DNA of 64,000 nt, taken from contig NC_043000.1 in assembly GCF_006345805.1 (NCBI RefSeq), forward strand, positions 137,826,001-137,890,000. The letters run 5' to 3'. Made by a program: the position numbers and the translations under genes. Shown one piece after another: positions 24,901 to 38,418 of this stretch (positions are counted from its first letter, which is position 1; every line of letters begins with the position of its first letter). This DNA comes from Octopus sinensis (lineage: Eukaryota). The notes below the pieces were generated by a model. That model ran no database searches, was not told the origin of the DNA, and saw only the letters and a program-made list of their open reading frames with translations.

Positions 24901-26147
24901 ATCAAGGTCTCCTCTGTATGTATAGAAAGATTCTATACATTATTATATGTATATATGCATATACACACACACACACACACAGACACACACACACATACAC
25001 ATATCTTTATATATGTATATATGTATGTATATGAACTCACCAGTTGAAATATGCTTCAGACATATTCAAACCTGCAATAATGCCATTTGCGGTATTTTAT
25101 CATGGAAATAAATTCTCGATACAGTTAGATGCACACTCCGCTCAGACTGATGGATGTATGCATTTTGGAATAGTTATATCTCCTCTTCACTCTGAAAGCG
25201 GAGACAGAAAGAGAGAGAGTAGTGAGAGAAGGAGAGAGAGTGGGAGAGAGAGAGTGAGTAGTGAGAGAGAAATAGAAAAATGGGAGAGAGAGAGACTTTA
25301 CTATCTGTTTCTATGAATATGATCCTATTTTCATAATGTCAGAGAATTATGATTTTCTTCAAGCAAACACCCTGATTTGTAATTTATTTTTAATTGCAAC
25401 AGGTTTTTTTGTTTCTAAGCCCAGCATTCTGAAAATTACTCACGCATGAAGTACGAAAAATAACCATGAGAAAATGAAAAGAAATTAGTTTTTGAGTGTC
25501 ATGAATGAAGCATGAAAACCTAAGGACATAAAAATATTTGTTAAGACAGTATGAATACTGACGTTTATTTCTTCATGTCTATGGCTATTGTTGTTGGTGA
25601 TTTTAGTTCCAAGTTCTGCTCTGATTGAGAATATGTATAGCGTAAATTCTAGAAGCAGTAAATATACAGTATGCTTCTAGGACTTACCTGTGCAAATTCC
25701 TTCCTTTTTTAAACACAGTAGGATGTGATTTCAGGATATTTGTCTGTCATTTCTAGCATTTCCAACTACGTCTAATGCATTTGCGCGTATATATTTATTC
25801 GCAACATTCTCCCAATGAAAATAACTTTGGATGTGAACATCTAAAATATTCACGCCACGTTTTTAAGCAATGAATTATTAAATCGCACGCCCTTATGTAA
25901 TTACGAATCACATGGCAACTTTGTAAAATTTTAAATAGCGAGCTTCCATAACAGACTACTTCATGCATACGTAAAAACGAAACAATTCGAAAATGTCATA
26001 ACACCATGTTTTGCTATTGCAACATCAAAATAAAAGTTGAGACGATAGAGATGACGATGGTGAAGATAAGAGATGAAGGTGATAATAAAAAGTAACGAGG
26101 TAGAATAAGTAGAGTGAAAAATATTAATAAAAGCGTATGTAAAGAAA

Positions 26148-26169
26148 ATATAGATGATGATGATGATAA

Positions 26170-26203
<34 letters not shown>

Positions 26204-26208
26204 GGTGG

Positions 26209-26305
<97 letters not shown>

Positions 26306-26490
26306 GAGGATGATGATGATGATGATGATGGTGATGATGGTGATGATGATGAATGATGATGGTGATGATGATGATGGTGATGATGAAGATGATGATGAAT
26401 GATGATGATGATGATGATGATAATGATGATGATGATGATGATGATGATGGTCATGATGATGATGATGATGATGATGATGATGGTGATGGG
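26148..26490. repeat. Long (GAT)n tract with (GGT) interruptions
   Basis: Directly visible; it is the source of the poly-D/M/S ORFs. Confidence 0.95.
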
Positions 26491-27171
26491 CATCAGGGAA
26501 AATGGTAGTGAATCTCTGTTAGTTACTCTCCTTTATATGAGAATGGCCAATCGGATAAAGCGAGAAACAAATATCTGAAAAGAATGGAATTCTCATATTT
26601 TTTAAGTCCCAAAATATAAACGACAATATATATAACATTAATGACATTGATAATTTCTGCTTAATCCATAATATCCCTTTAATTACCAATAAAAATAATC
26701 ACAATATTTCTACTACTATTAAAAACAGTAGTTTCTTTAATCGGCACGGAAGCATCACAAGGGTAAATGACGATTGTTCTACTAAAATTGTCACTTTCAT
26801 TTATGAGTGTAATTAATTACTTTTAGAAGTATATATATATATATATATATAGCTTTAAACAGTAGAGTGGCGGGGGAAGCTTGCATCATGCATGAAAAAC
26901 GTCAACAAAAATATATAATTGAATTGCTCCTCCGGGCAGGCAGCCTCCTTGGGCTAAGCGTGGAACTAAATATATAAATGTAGAACTGGCATGGCATGCA
27001 ATCAAAATACAATTATTTTTGTTAGAAATGAAACCTCAAAGCGTAAAATTATTTTAATACAATAACAGGCAAAAATGCTTGTATCAGATGCATGGAAATA
27101 CGTATGAGAAAGCATTGCAAAAATGGCTACTGAAATAAATATTGTTTGAAATGTTTTGTACGTTTATTAGA

Positions 27172-27275
27172 GTAAAGTAATAATGGTTTGTAAAGCAATA
27201 ATAGTAAAGTAATAATGTACTTTGTAAAGTAATAATGGTAAAGTAATAAAGTATTTTGTAAAGTAATAACGGTTT
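27172..27275. repeat. Minisatellite of gtaaagtaataat units
   Basis: About six imperfect copies visible. Confidence 0.85.
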
Positions 27276-27863
27276 ACATCACATTGTGATTTAAGGTCTT
27301 GCTTATGGAAGAAAATTGACGCAGAACGCTTTGTCTACTAAATTATACATAGCAGTTACAATGGTTAACTTTAGAAGTTATCATATACATTGCTTTACGT
27401 ACCTGATATCCTTATTCTATACCACAGAAGGAAATTCCATATTATCTTCACAAGTACCAGTGTATGAATACGAATCCTTCAGTGATGGTTTCATGTCCAA
27501 GTGTGTTACAAAATACTAAACACGTTTAGTATATCGCATAATTTTATTTTTGGTATTGTTCGATGACAATATTGCATATATATATAAATCTAGATCATTG
27601 ACAACTACTCAATATTTGAATCGATACATTAGAAAATATGTAGAATGAAAGCAAGTCTGGTAACGGTAGAACAGGAAACACTCGGCTCAATGTCGAATTC
27701 CTATTCCAAAAGGAATCAACTACGAATATAATAACGAATTCAATCAACAAAATAAAATTATACATTTATTACAATAGAAAACAAATCAACCCCATTACAC
27801 AAGCTATCATATGTAGGTCAAATAAAGAAATGTTAAAGTAAATAATACGTAGAAGAAGAAAAA

Positions 27864-28052
27864 AATGATGATAGTGATGGTGTTGGTGGTGGTGGTGATT
27901 GTGGTGGTGGTGGTGGTGGTGATTGTGGTGGTGGTGGTGGTGGTGATTGTGGTGGTAGTATTGGTGTTGGTGATGATGATGATGATGGTGATAATGGATT
28001 CGAAGTTGACAACGACAACATTAATAATAATGTTGATGATGATGACGACGAT
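27864..28052. repeat. (GGT/GAT)n compound tract
   Basis: Directly visible. Confidence 0.9.
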
Positions 28053-29340
28053 GCGAAAGAGAAAAGAGAAAAGAGAAGAGAAATTAAACAAAAAATGAAC
28101 ATTTTTAACACCAAGTGAAGAGGTCCAACACTAGTTATTAGTGTTATTCTGCTTGAAATCCCGAAATTTTCATATTTTTCTTATTATTGAACGCCCTTTT
28201 CAAGACGGAACGACAGAAAATTTACTGCTATTTGAGCTGTCTCACCGGCTCCTATCGCCCGAAGCATTACTTTGTAAGTAAAGAGATGTAAAGTGCAATG
28301 AGATGAACTTTCCAGAAGCAACAAAAACGCCTATAATAATTTAGCCAATAACAGTCACGAGAGTTCATATAAATATTTCATCAGAACATCAAATAATTAG
28401 AAAAGTAACACCAGAGAATGCGGAAAGCATTCGTAATTGACTCTTGCTCTTGGTTTAAAACAGGATTGTACTGGCAAACATATAATCTCTCGAAACAAAT
28501 GAAACAGTAGTCACTTTTCGATTCAATAACATTCATGTTATTGCATATCACTTGAAGGAAAGTAAATTAATATCAATGTGATAAATATGTTATACATGTA
28601 TTTACTGTTTTCATGAACGAATGCAATACACAAACGTTCTGATCTAAAATGGGAAATAATGACAATGTAATAGGTTCGAACAGGCTGCTTTATCAAATTT
28701 GTAGGAAATAAATAAATGTAAATTTAAGTAAGCAAGACAAAGATGTATGTACAAATTTACAATATATTTTATAAGATTACAGCCACGCACTCATAGATAT
28801 TATAGATATGTGATATTATAGATATTCTATACGTCTATATATGTATCTGCATATATCAACACACATATATGCTAGCACACACATATATGTCTTTAGACAT
28901 TTGTAACTACATTTTATATTTAAAACACATACATCGATGTTTCCAAAATATTTTGTCTTGCAGCAATATGAATGAATAGTAACAGTGGCAACGAAACTGC
29001 CATCATTAATTTGCCGAACGATTTAAGGTTATAATCCTAACTACAATCACCGCGCTTCAAGCTTAAGTATTTCTAAATTGTAGCTATAATAGATTTTATT
29101 TATAAGTCTGCATAGTTTGCGAAAGATTGTTGTACTTAAAACTGTCCGTGAAATTTCGTTTGAAGAGAATATTGTTTTGTTTTGTTTCTAATGAATTAAC
29201 TGCAAGAGGAAATGAAGTGTTGTTATGCTTTCAAAGTGTCTGTGACAAGGAAGCTGAGAAGTCATCATCACACTGAATGCGTCAAATATCCGAGAAGAGG
29301 ATCAGTAGATCCATTAAGCCTACACAATCAGTCGCCGTGT

Positions 29341-29646
29341 GAAGGCACATGGCCTAGTAGTTAGAGCAGCGGACTCGCGGTCGGGGGATCGCGGATTCGA
29401 ACCCCAGACCGGGCGATGTGTGTGTTTATGATCAAAAGCACTTCAGCTCCATGTGGCTCCGGCAGAAGGTAACGGCGAGCTTCTGCTGACTCTTTCGCCC
29501 CAACTTTCTCTCACTCTCTCCTCCTACATCTTGGAGCGCACCTGCGACGGACCAGCGTCCCGTCCAGGTGGGGAATCTATACGCCAAGGAAACCGGGAAA
29601 CCGGCCGTCATGAGCCAGGCGTGGCTCGAGAAGGAACAAACAACAA
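29341..29646 (+). mobile_element. SINE family C (tRNA-derived)
   Basis: tggcctagtagttagagc (box A), ggattcgaaccc (box B), 3' cgtcccgtccaggtgggg...gaaaccgggaaaccggcc and an ACA-rich tail; three copies in the window. Confidence 0.9.
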
Positions 29647-30285
29647 TCAGTCTCCATCTAACAAATTTTATTCAAAAGGGTTTTGGTCGACTTGAGACTT
29701 TGTAAGAAAGCAATATCCTATCGAAACGCAATGTCTAAGCGAATTGTTTAACCACGCAGCCATTCCTGCACTAATCTATTTGTAGCTATGAGATTCGAAA
29801 TGCAAAATAGGTTAGAAACACACTCCTATAGAAAATAATTATGAGATTATGTTACAATAATGCCGTAGGGCTAATTGATTTTGAAACCTATTTATGCTAT
29901 AAACTGCAAATTACATCCAGAAATATCAGGAAAGCATGTAGCATGAAAATTCTCAACCACACACACACGCGCGCCCCCGTACACACACATGTGCATCGCA
30001 CGTGCATGGATACAAATATAATATTTTTCTTTGATTGTTAATTTCTAAGAAATCAGTGATTAAGAATAACTTTGATCTTCCAGGTAAAAATACTTAACGA
30101 AAATGTATATCAACGCATATTGTTTCTACGCTAAGATGTGTTTCATGCGATTGAAAACACAAAGAAAAGCTTTGTGAGCGCCATCATTGTTTACCAAGAG
30201 TATGTGTTCTTCTCATATTTCTCAATATACCCTTCTGTGTAAACGTGGGATAGCAGAAGCACATCTCCTCGGATCAAATGTCATA

Positions 30286-30586
30286 TGTTCCTTCCTTCTC
30301 GAGTTATGCGTGGCTCATAAGGGCCGGTTTCCCGGTTTCCTTGGCGTATAGGTTCCCCACCTGGACGGGATGCCGGTCCATCGCAGTTGAGCTGCAAGAT
30401 GCAGGAGGAAAGAGTGAGAGAAAGATGTTGCGAAAGAGTCAGCAGACGTTCGCCATTATCTTCTGCCGGAGCCGCATCGAGCTTAGGTGTTTCGCTCATA
30501 ATCACATACATCGCCCTTTCTGAGATTCGAACCCGCGATCCCTCGACCGCGAGTCCGCTGCTCTAGCTACTAGGTCATGTGCCTCC
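30286..30586 (-). mobile_element. SINE family C
   Basis: Reverse complement is colinear with 29341-29646. Confidence 0.9.
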
Positions 30587-31557
30587 ACAAAATATCATAT
30601 GGCGTCTGCTTACGGCATGTTTCGAATACAAGTCCCGCTAGAAACTTGTGTCAATGTGAAAGACCAATATATATATATATTCTTGCGTTTGAGTTTAAGT
30701 TAAATACACTTTCAATTGACCAGATTCTTTCCCAGAGGAGTTTGATCCATGACCTGTGTATAATTTTCAGGAAGCATAATTTTGTAATACATTATTTAAT
30801 ATTTTCTCTAACCTTAGATCAGTTATATGTGTTTGGAGAACAAATTTGTGGCTATTTCTGCAGGTAAAACGACCATGTAGAATCAGCTTTGTTAGTTCGC
30901 ATATTTTCGCTTTCTTCCCGCATACTTTCGTTGCGTTTAACAGACAAAGACTATTTATATTTTCATGTATATTTCATTAGGACACAGCAAGTGCTGCTAT
31001 TTTCAGCGCAATTACATAATAAATGTGTTGTGCTCTTAGAATGACTTTAGCGTCACGTCAGCTCTAATGAAGTAAACGTTATGATAAAAATGCATGACGT
31101 TCCAATCGTGCCTAACATATCTGTCGTTGTGGCAGAACGTCTACGACAACTTTACATAATGACCTTCTTATGAGACGGGAAGATCAGACCCAAATACGAT
31201 TTTAGTTGTCATTTCTGAAACAAAAATGACAAATCCCCGCATTCCTGTCACTTCTTGCTAATATGCTATATAGAATATCAACGGAAATAGCTATCAGATT
31301 ATGCAAATGTCATGCGTATATTTGCTGAATGGAAGTTAGTTTCTCGTTGACTGATATATGACCACCGTTGCTGAATCTCATGGAGTTCTTAATTTCGTAA
31401 CTTGTTTTTTGCATATTATTGCACTTCATACTCTATATTTCCAATACAGCTTTATTATTGTTTTTAGTGCAATGGTATAGAAACATGTCTATATATATAT
31501 ATATATATATATGCACTCACGCTTACAAAGACAAATGCACATCCCTAAAAATACATT

Positions 31558-31862
31558 GGAGGCGCAATAGCCCAGTGATTAGGGCAGAGGTCTCGCGGTC
31601 GGAGAATCGCAGTTTCGATTCCCAGACCGGGTTTTGTGTGTGTTTATTGAGCAAAAACACTTAAATGCTCCACGAAGCTCCGGCAGGGTGTGGGGGGTGA
31701 CTCTTGTTGTACTCTTTCGTTACAACTTTCTCTCACTCTCTCTTCCTGTTTCTTGAGTATCGTTGCGATGGACTGGCGTCCCGTCCAGCTGGGGGGGGGA
31801 GCACACATACGCCACAGAAACCGGGAAACCGGGCCCATGAGCCTGGCTAGGTTTGAAAAGGG
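31558..31862 (+). mobile_element. SINE family C, more diverged
   Basis: Colinear with 29341-29646. Confidence 0.85.
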
Positions 31863-32441
31863 CGACGTTTATCGCTTTAAAGATACATCGGTAATATGAG
31901 CATTCATAATAACATATCTTAGTGCTATTGGTCTACCTACACAGGAACATCACCATCCAATAATAAATACATACATAACTCCCTCCCACACACAAGCACA
32001 TATATTAGTGTACTGATGTATATATATAAATATATATATATATATTAGTATACTTATGTGTGTGTACTTATATATAAAGTGAGAAGACATAAAAACACAT
32101 GTAAGTTGAACGAAAAGATCAAACGTTTACAATATACCAACTTAACATTTAGATGTCAATAATCAGTTTAAAGAAAACCTCACCTCTCTTTAAATGTCAC
32201 ACAAACATCTTTTGTGTGAATTGAAATAGTGTTGTTTCTGTGAGTTGTTTGGCTTTCTTATCATTCAGGTTATCTTGGCTGTTGGTTCCCCAAGTACTTC
32301 TATATAATTTATTCTTGAGTAACTATTCAGCACATTGAAAGCACACCACATACACTCATACACACATGCACATACAAGCACTCACACGCATGCATGCACA
32401 CACACAATCGCTTACATGCGGATACATATATCTATATAGCC

Positions 32442-32473
<32 letters not shown>

Positions 32474-32549
32474 CTCTATCTATCTATCTATCTATCTATC
32501 TATCCATCTATCTATCTATCTAACTACTTGTCTATCTATCTATATGTGC

Positions 32550-32595
<46 letters not shown>

Positions 32596-32616
32596 ACACA
32601 CACACGAACACACATA

Positions 32617-33887
32617 TCAGGTTGAGTAAAAAGTAAGCAACGTTTTGAACCAGGAGGAATTTGTACCTGGAGTTTGCAGAGTTTTCAATCTTTTAAACAT
32701 TTTTTTTTGCAATTGTCTGATAATATAGACACAGACTTGCCCAGAAGGCATCAATAAATTAACATTGATATTTTTTTCACCGTGGTTACAATCATCTCTG
32801 ACCGAGTTGGTCGTGAATTGTGTTTGTGCCTCGTTCGAGAAGTTAGTGAAGGATTGTTGAACTGGAATTATATTTGTTATTAACTGTTGTGCCTTGAGAT
32901 ACATGTTTTTCCTGCCTTACTATAGCTCTATGTTTAGCCACTTGTGGGCAATAAAGAAATCGTTGTTTCAGGCATCTGAAATGGAACTGTCAAAGTGGGA
33001 TATTCAGGCAATTTTGCTACACAAATTAAAAAGAAAGAACGTAAAGAAGCTGAAATTGCTCGCGATATCAACGAAACGCTTGGTGAAGAAATTACAAGTG
33101 AGTAGTCAGCTCCGCAGTGGAGACCTGAGCCTTGAAGATCGTGAGCGTAGTGGACACCCATCTCTCAACGATGACGCTCAATTATAGACCGTCATTGAGA
33201 ACGATCCACGTAAAACCACTCTAGAACTGGTAAAAGAACTTCAAGTTCGCTGCGATCGGAAAATCAAAAGATCTGGAGAAATGGTTACCTCACGATTTGA
33301 ACGAAAATCAGAAAATGAGCAGATAGGAAATTTGTTCGTTGCTTCTTCTCCGTAAACAGACCTATCCATTTCCCAACCGTATTGTAAATTGCGATGAGAA
33401 GTAGATTATGTACAATAATAAAAAACGTTCTTCGCAGTGGTTGGACCAAAATGAAGCATCGAAAACTTTCTCTAGCCCAGATCTCTTCAAAAAGAAGGTT
33501 ATGTTGACTGTTTGGCGGTGTACTGCTGGAATCATTTCACTAATGATGCTCCAGAATTTGAGGGAACTTAGCTACGAAATTCTTCGCCATTCACCTTATT
33601 CCCCAGACGTTATTCCTATCGACTACCAATTTTCCAAGCACCTTGGTGGTTTTTTGCGAGAGAAGGAGTTCAAAAATCTAACCGAAGCTGAAAATGCTCT
33701 CAAAGAGTTCATCAGCTCCAGAACTCCAAATTTTTATGTTACCTGTATAAACGAACTTGTAAATCGTTGGTAAAAAATGTGTTGATTGTAATGGTACTTA
33801 CTTTGATGAATAAAATTTCCGTATTGTTGAAATATATTGTGATGAATCTCATGTTTCAAAACGTTGCATACTTTTTACTCAGCATGA
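32617..33887 (+). mobile_element. Mariner with TIRs and an internally deleted, degenerate transposase
   Basis: Left tcaggttgagtaaaaagtaagcaacgttttgaa vs right (reverse complement) tcatgctgagtaaaaagtatgcaacgttttgaa, with TA on both sides. Motifs WLPHDL, CDEK*IMY and HSPYSPD are present; the region with the second catalytic Asp is deleted. Confidence 0.92.
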
Positions 33888-33955
33888 TATATATCCGTAT
33901 GTATGCCTGTGTGTGTTAGTGTGTGTGCGTGCGCGCGTGTGTCCATATATATATA

Positions 33956-34005
<50 letters not shown>

Positions 34006-34124
34006 TTAGATGCTGAGGCTGGAGGAAGGGGTAGAATACTAGACACTTGTATTCCTTCTTAGACTAGTGAGACCGTTGCATTTACTGTTCTATAAATTCT
34101 GTTAAAGGTCAACACACATGCGAA

Positions 34125-34560
34125 ATATAGAATCAGGGGTTCCTGATAATTATTCTGTTGTTATCGCTAGGCCTAACTCATCGTAAAGTCAATACCACCA
34201 TGAGTGATATCCAATCTACAGTGGAGAAGGCTAGCCACTGGATTTGGTTAAAAAGAGACGATGAGCGATGGCTAGAAGGATATTGTGTTTAACTTTATAA
34301 CCAGCTGATCTAGCAAGCGGGGCCTCATTTCAGTGAGGGGGGCCGGTGCGCATTGATGCCGTTGAGAGGTAGGCCCCGAAACGGCGCGCATTCTCTCCCG
34401 ATGACCCCAAACACTTGCTGGCTCCCGGTATGCGGAGCTTTTGACTGGTAGTACTTGCATGTGCAAGTTGTTTGCAAGATATCTAAAGGAGGCGGAGAGG
34501 TAGTGCAAAGTCAAGGGCTGCCACAAGTCTCAAACACTAGCTACGTCCCTGAAAATAACG
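34125..34560 (+). mobile_element. 3' end of a HERO-like restriction-endonuclease-type non-LTR retrotransposon
   Basis: LLSLGLTHRKVNTTMSDIQSTVEKASHWIWLKRDDERW* (stop 34290-92) resembles the recalled HERO C-terminus AE+ASxWLWLKR; a GC-rich 3' UTR follows. Confidence 0.6.
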
Positions 34561-35361
34561 TTCACATAAAATGAAAAATAAATTAATCCCCTCATACGCA
34601 TGCGCGTGATGAAACACACACACACGTATTGCATATATATACATTCTGGTCATTCATACATCTAATAACTAGGTCCCAATTGACACAGTCACGTGAGTCC
34701 TCCAATTTTTTGTTTCTGCTAAATTAAGTATAATGCTGCCATGCATACCCATACAATGTGTTCCCTTTTGGGATATCAAATACCTTTCAAACATATTTAA
34801 ATGCTATAGATATTAAATAAATTTCCATTTATGAATATTTTTGTACTTTCAAACTTTGCCAAAAGATGTACTACTAAACGTGCCGTGTCTTTCATGGGAG
34901 TCACTGTGCTTCCGCCACAGGAGAGACCGATAAATTCTTGAATACTTCCATACGCATATTGACTATACATCATTTTGCTGTATTTTTTACCTTCCGAGGA
35001 TTCATGCATCCTGGAGAGAGGAGATGATTTGTGGACAGGATTGCGTCTCACCCATTGCTACTGTGACTGTTGCTGATGAGGTTTTATCTGCTGTTGTCAT
35101 TGCTGTTGTTTGTGAAATTGTTGCTTTTATTATGTCAGTTGCTGCCACTATAGAAATTTTTCTCCTTTCCTGTTGCTTTCGCAGTCTTTCAAATTATATA
35201 TCATTCATGTCTTTGTCCATTTGACCCTGATATATATTTTGTTTTAGCTTTACAATGCAAGTCGATGCAAGATTATTCAAGTGTATAAACCTAACACTGC
35301 ATCTCGTGTGAAGATGCTCTGTCTGGTAATACGCCTTTAAATACCTTTTCTATTTAACAGA

Positions 35362-35727
35362 ATGAGGAGAGATATGCTCTCCTGGATAGGAGAGATCAAC
35401 GACATAGTATTTCAGATGAAAATGGAATGTAGACGGATGGTATGTATGTTTTACAGAATAGAGGAAGCTATCGGAGAATACACTATATCAACTCTCGACA
35501 TGCACATAATTTCCACTAAATCTTCAAAGGTACCCAACCGCCTTTCAAAATATTCATATATTCAGGAGATAGTTGCTACTAGGAGCCGAACGAGTTCTAT
35601 TGATGAGATAGAAACTGTAAATATTTCGGCTAGATTTGGGTCTTTAATAACCGAAACCTATCTTAATAATTTGCTTCCAGCCATCTACAATGGACCAACT
35701 CCAAGAATATTCTTGATCAAAAGGTGA
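35362..35727 (+). CDS. Unassigned 121-codon ORF, possible exon
   Basis: Longest non-repetitive ORF without TE motifs, preceded by the acceptor-like ttttctatttaacag. No family recognised, so it may be chance. Confidence 0.15.
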   Translation: MRRDMLSWIGEINDIVFQMKMECRRMVCMFYRIEEAIGEYTISTLDMHIISTKSSKVPNRLSKYSYIQEIVATRSRTSSIDEIETVNISARFGSLITETYLNNLLPAIYNGPTPRIFLIKR

Positions 35728-36548
35728 ACTGCTATTTTTAATATAATATATACGAACAAAAACTTTCGCCATGAAACACTTGGTAGTTGTTTTCGGCAGT
35801 ATGGTAATTAGAACTTCATGAATGTGGCTGTCTTGTCTCTTACAAAATATATCGATAGTTATCATTGCACAAAATTTAGTCTTCTATCAATGTATTCGAT
35901 AACTAAAGTCAGTAAGTTAAGTGTCATTTATTTTATTTACATACTATTTCATAGTATCACAAACACAGTTTATATGGCATACTCCCAATAATTATCGATA
36001 AAGGTTAGCATGTATTTATGTATTCAACAATAATAACTAATGTGTTTATTGCAAGAAATATTCATGACAACTTCGTTGTTTTTGTTTTTGTTTTAAAAAC
36101 AAGTAAACAATTATTTTACTGTGAGCGTCTGGATGAATTACTACAGACTTAAAAATATTACACTTTGTATAATATATACCTTAAAATATATATAATTCTA
36201 TTTTCCATAGTTGTATATACAAATATAATAAAACATTTCAAGGAACATTTTAACTAAAATAGTCTGCATATTAGCACGTTTTGCGTGACTACTGTTCATT
36301 TTTAGAAGAATGATTATAGAAAAATAACGATAAAAATGTTTTAAAGATTTTTTCAGAATTTCATTATCAATTCTTATTTCGTAGTTAACTGCACCATTTT
36401 AAAAGAACTTTCTCTATTTTTAAAACCCATCACAGAATATATATGTGTATGTGTGTATATATAAAGTCTGTACAGATTCGTTAATATAATGTTAAGTTCT
36501 AGGATTATCTAAACGTAATAAGTTAGAATATATATATATATATATATA

Positions 36549-36696
36549 TGTGTGTTACGAAGCTTTCTTCCTAATCACATAGTTTCGAGTTCAGTCCCAC
36601 TGCGTGGCACCTTGGTCAAGTATTTTCTACTTTAGCCTAGGGCCGACCAAAGCCTTGTAAGTGGAATTGGTAGACGGAATCTGAAAGAAGCCCGTC

Positions 36697-36698
<2 letters not shown>
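36549..36698 (+). mobile_element. SINE family A, 5' half only
   Basis: ttcagtcccactgcgtggcaccttgg...gaaagaagcccgtcg, ending in a long (TA)n. Confidence 0.85.
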
Positions 36699-36776
<78 letters not shown>

Positions 36777-36816
36777 CAAGGCAGTAAATAGATTTCATTG
36801 CATTTATCGAGAAAAT

Positions 36817-36864
36817 GTCTTACAGCTGTTTCCGGGATATTTTATATATCCTTTCATCAGAGAT
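36817..36864 (-). ncRNA. Minimal type-I hammerhead ribozyme motif
   Basis: Minus strand: UCU CUGAUGA aa GGAUAU(AUAAA)AUAUCC cg GAAA CAGCUG UA AGA. Stem III is the palindrome ACAGCUGU, the triplet is GUA, and stem I has 3 bp. Confidence 0.65.
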
Positions 36865-37259
36865 GGTACAAGAAAATGTTTGAGCATTAATTATTGTGGA
36901 GAAGCTATGCATACAGATGGAAGTAAGAGACTGAATATAGAAGTGAGATATATAAGGATATTGTATTCGTAGTTCTATCATTAAAGTAGAATGGTCTATA
37001 TAAGTGGTGAAAAAGGGTTTTGGTGAAGAAAATTTCTTGTACTTGGTGTGTGAGATCCGATGTTACTTACATTTGGTCATTCCAAGCAAATATCCTTGTA
37101 AACAGTGTTGGTCGATCAAGGAGTTTTTTGGGGTTAAATTTAAATATGTTGGTAGTGTTAATGGATAGATAGATTGAGGAGAGATTTGTATGATTAGAAA
37201 GGGGAGATCGGTCAAATAAAAAACAGGAGGAAAGAATAGGAGGAAAAAGAGAAGGGGCA

Positions 37260-37991
37260 AAATTCCCTTGTCCGTGACAAAAAGTTTTCCTCCAGTACTG
37301 TTCGGATCTCGTCTACAGACTTCATATTTTTGCGGCCAAATGACTTTTGAAGACAGCTGAATAAATGATAATCAGATGGGGCAATGTCTGTCGAATATGG
37401 TGGGTGGGGCATCGTTTCCCATTCAAACTGCTCCAGTCGCTGGAATGTCACTCTCACTCAATATGGAAGAACACTTTTCGTCTTCAAACCAAAGATGGCC
37501 GTTTTTCTCCAAGCGCTGATGCCTTCTAGCTCGCAGTAGATGTCCTTTGTTATCGTTTGGTTTGGATCTAAACCAAACAAATGACAACAACTTGCATGGG
37601 GGAAAGCTTTTAGCCTAGGCTTTGTTTAGCCTGAGGTGCCGGTGTTTCTCTTCTGCTCACCCACTGTCTTGGCACTTGAAATTTTCATAGAGGATCCATT
37701 TCTCGTCACCAGTCGCTGTTCGGTCTCAAAATGGTTCATTCGTGAGTCAAAACAGCAAAGAAGTTTCTCTAGTCGTCATTAGACTCGGAAAGTTTGTGAG
37801 GAACCTATTGACTCGATTTGCCGACTTTTCATTGACTCTTTTCATGACCACTCATCGACACCTACACTGGCTAACGCTTATTGTCCGATCCCCTACACTG
37901 CATTAATATTTCTCGCACTTTCCATTGCGTTGTTGCTTTTATTGAACTCATAAAACAAAATATGCCGAATATGTTCCTCTGTCTCTTCCAT
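37260..37991 (-). pseudogene. Degenerate mariner transposase, 3'-truncated
   Basis: MEETEEHIRHILFYEFNKSNNAMESARNINAV, ATGDEKWILYEN, WETMPHPPYSTDIAPSDYHLF. Confidence 0.9.
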
Positions 37992-38204
37992 TATAGCTTT
38001 GAAAAAATAACTGTTATGATCGAATTGTACTCTTCAAAACTTGCACTAAGAATAAGGTCAAAGTACAATTACTACACGCTTTTATAGCAAGTTGATGCAG
38101 GTAAATTATCCCGTCCACCCCCGACATTAATTTCACGCAATTGAAAAAACCGCATTATTTATGGAAGGACCAAATATAGATATATATGTACCTCTGTGTA
38201 TTAA

Positions 38205-38418
38205 GGGGGGGATCAGGTGGAATCGTTAGCACGTTGGCCGAAACGGTTAACGGTATTTCAACCGTCTTTACGTTGTGAGTTCAAATTCCGCCGAGGTCGA
38301 CTTCGCCTTTCATCTTTTAGGAGTCGATAAAATAGATACCCCGTTAAACACTGGGGTCAATGAAAATGACTTATCCACTCCTTCGTAACTACCGTCCTTA
38401 TGTAAAAATTTGAAACGA
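38205..38418 (+). mobile_element. SINE family B variant with alternative tail
   Basis: gagttcaaattccgccgaggtcgacttcgcctttcatc is shared with family B; the 3' end differs (..aaaatttgaaac). Confidence 0.8.

Noticed and set aside
26014-28114. Poly-Asp/His/Ser/Pro/Thr ORFs
   Set aside because: Translations of (GAT)/(GGT) microsatellites that are open on both strands; no splice or homology support.
29341-29420. tRNA gene calls for SINE heads
   Set aside because: Boxes A/B are present, but there is no closed acceptor stem and the heads continue into multi-copy SINE bodies.
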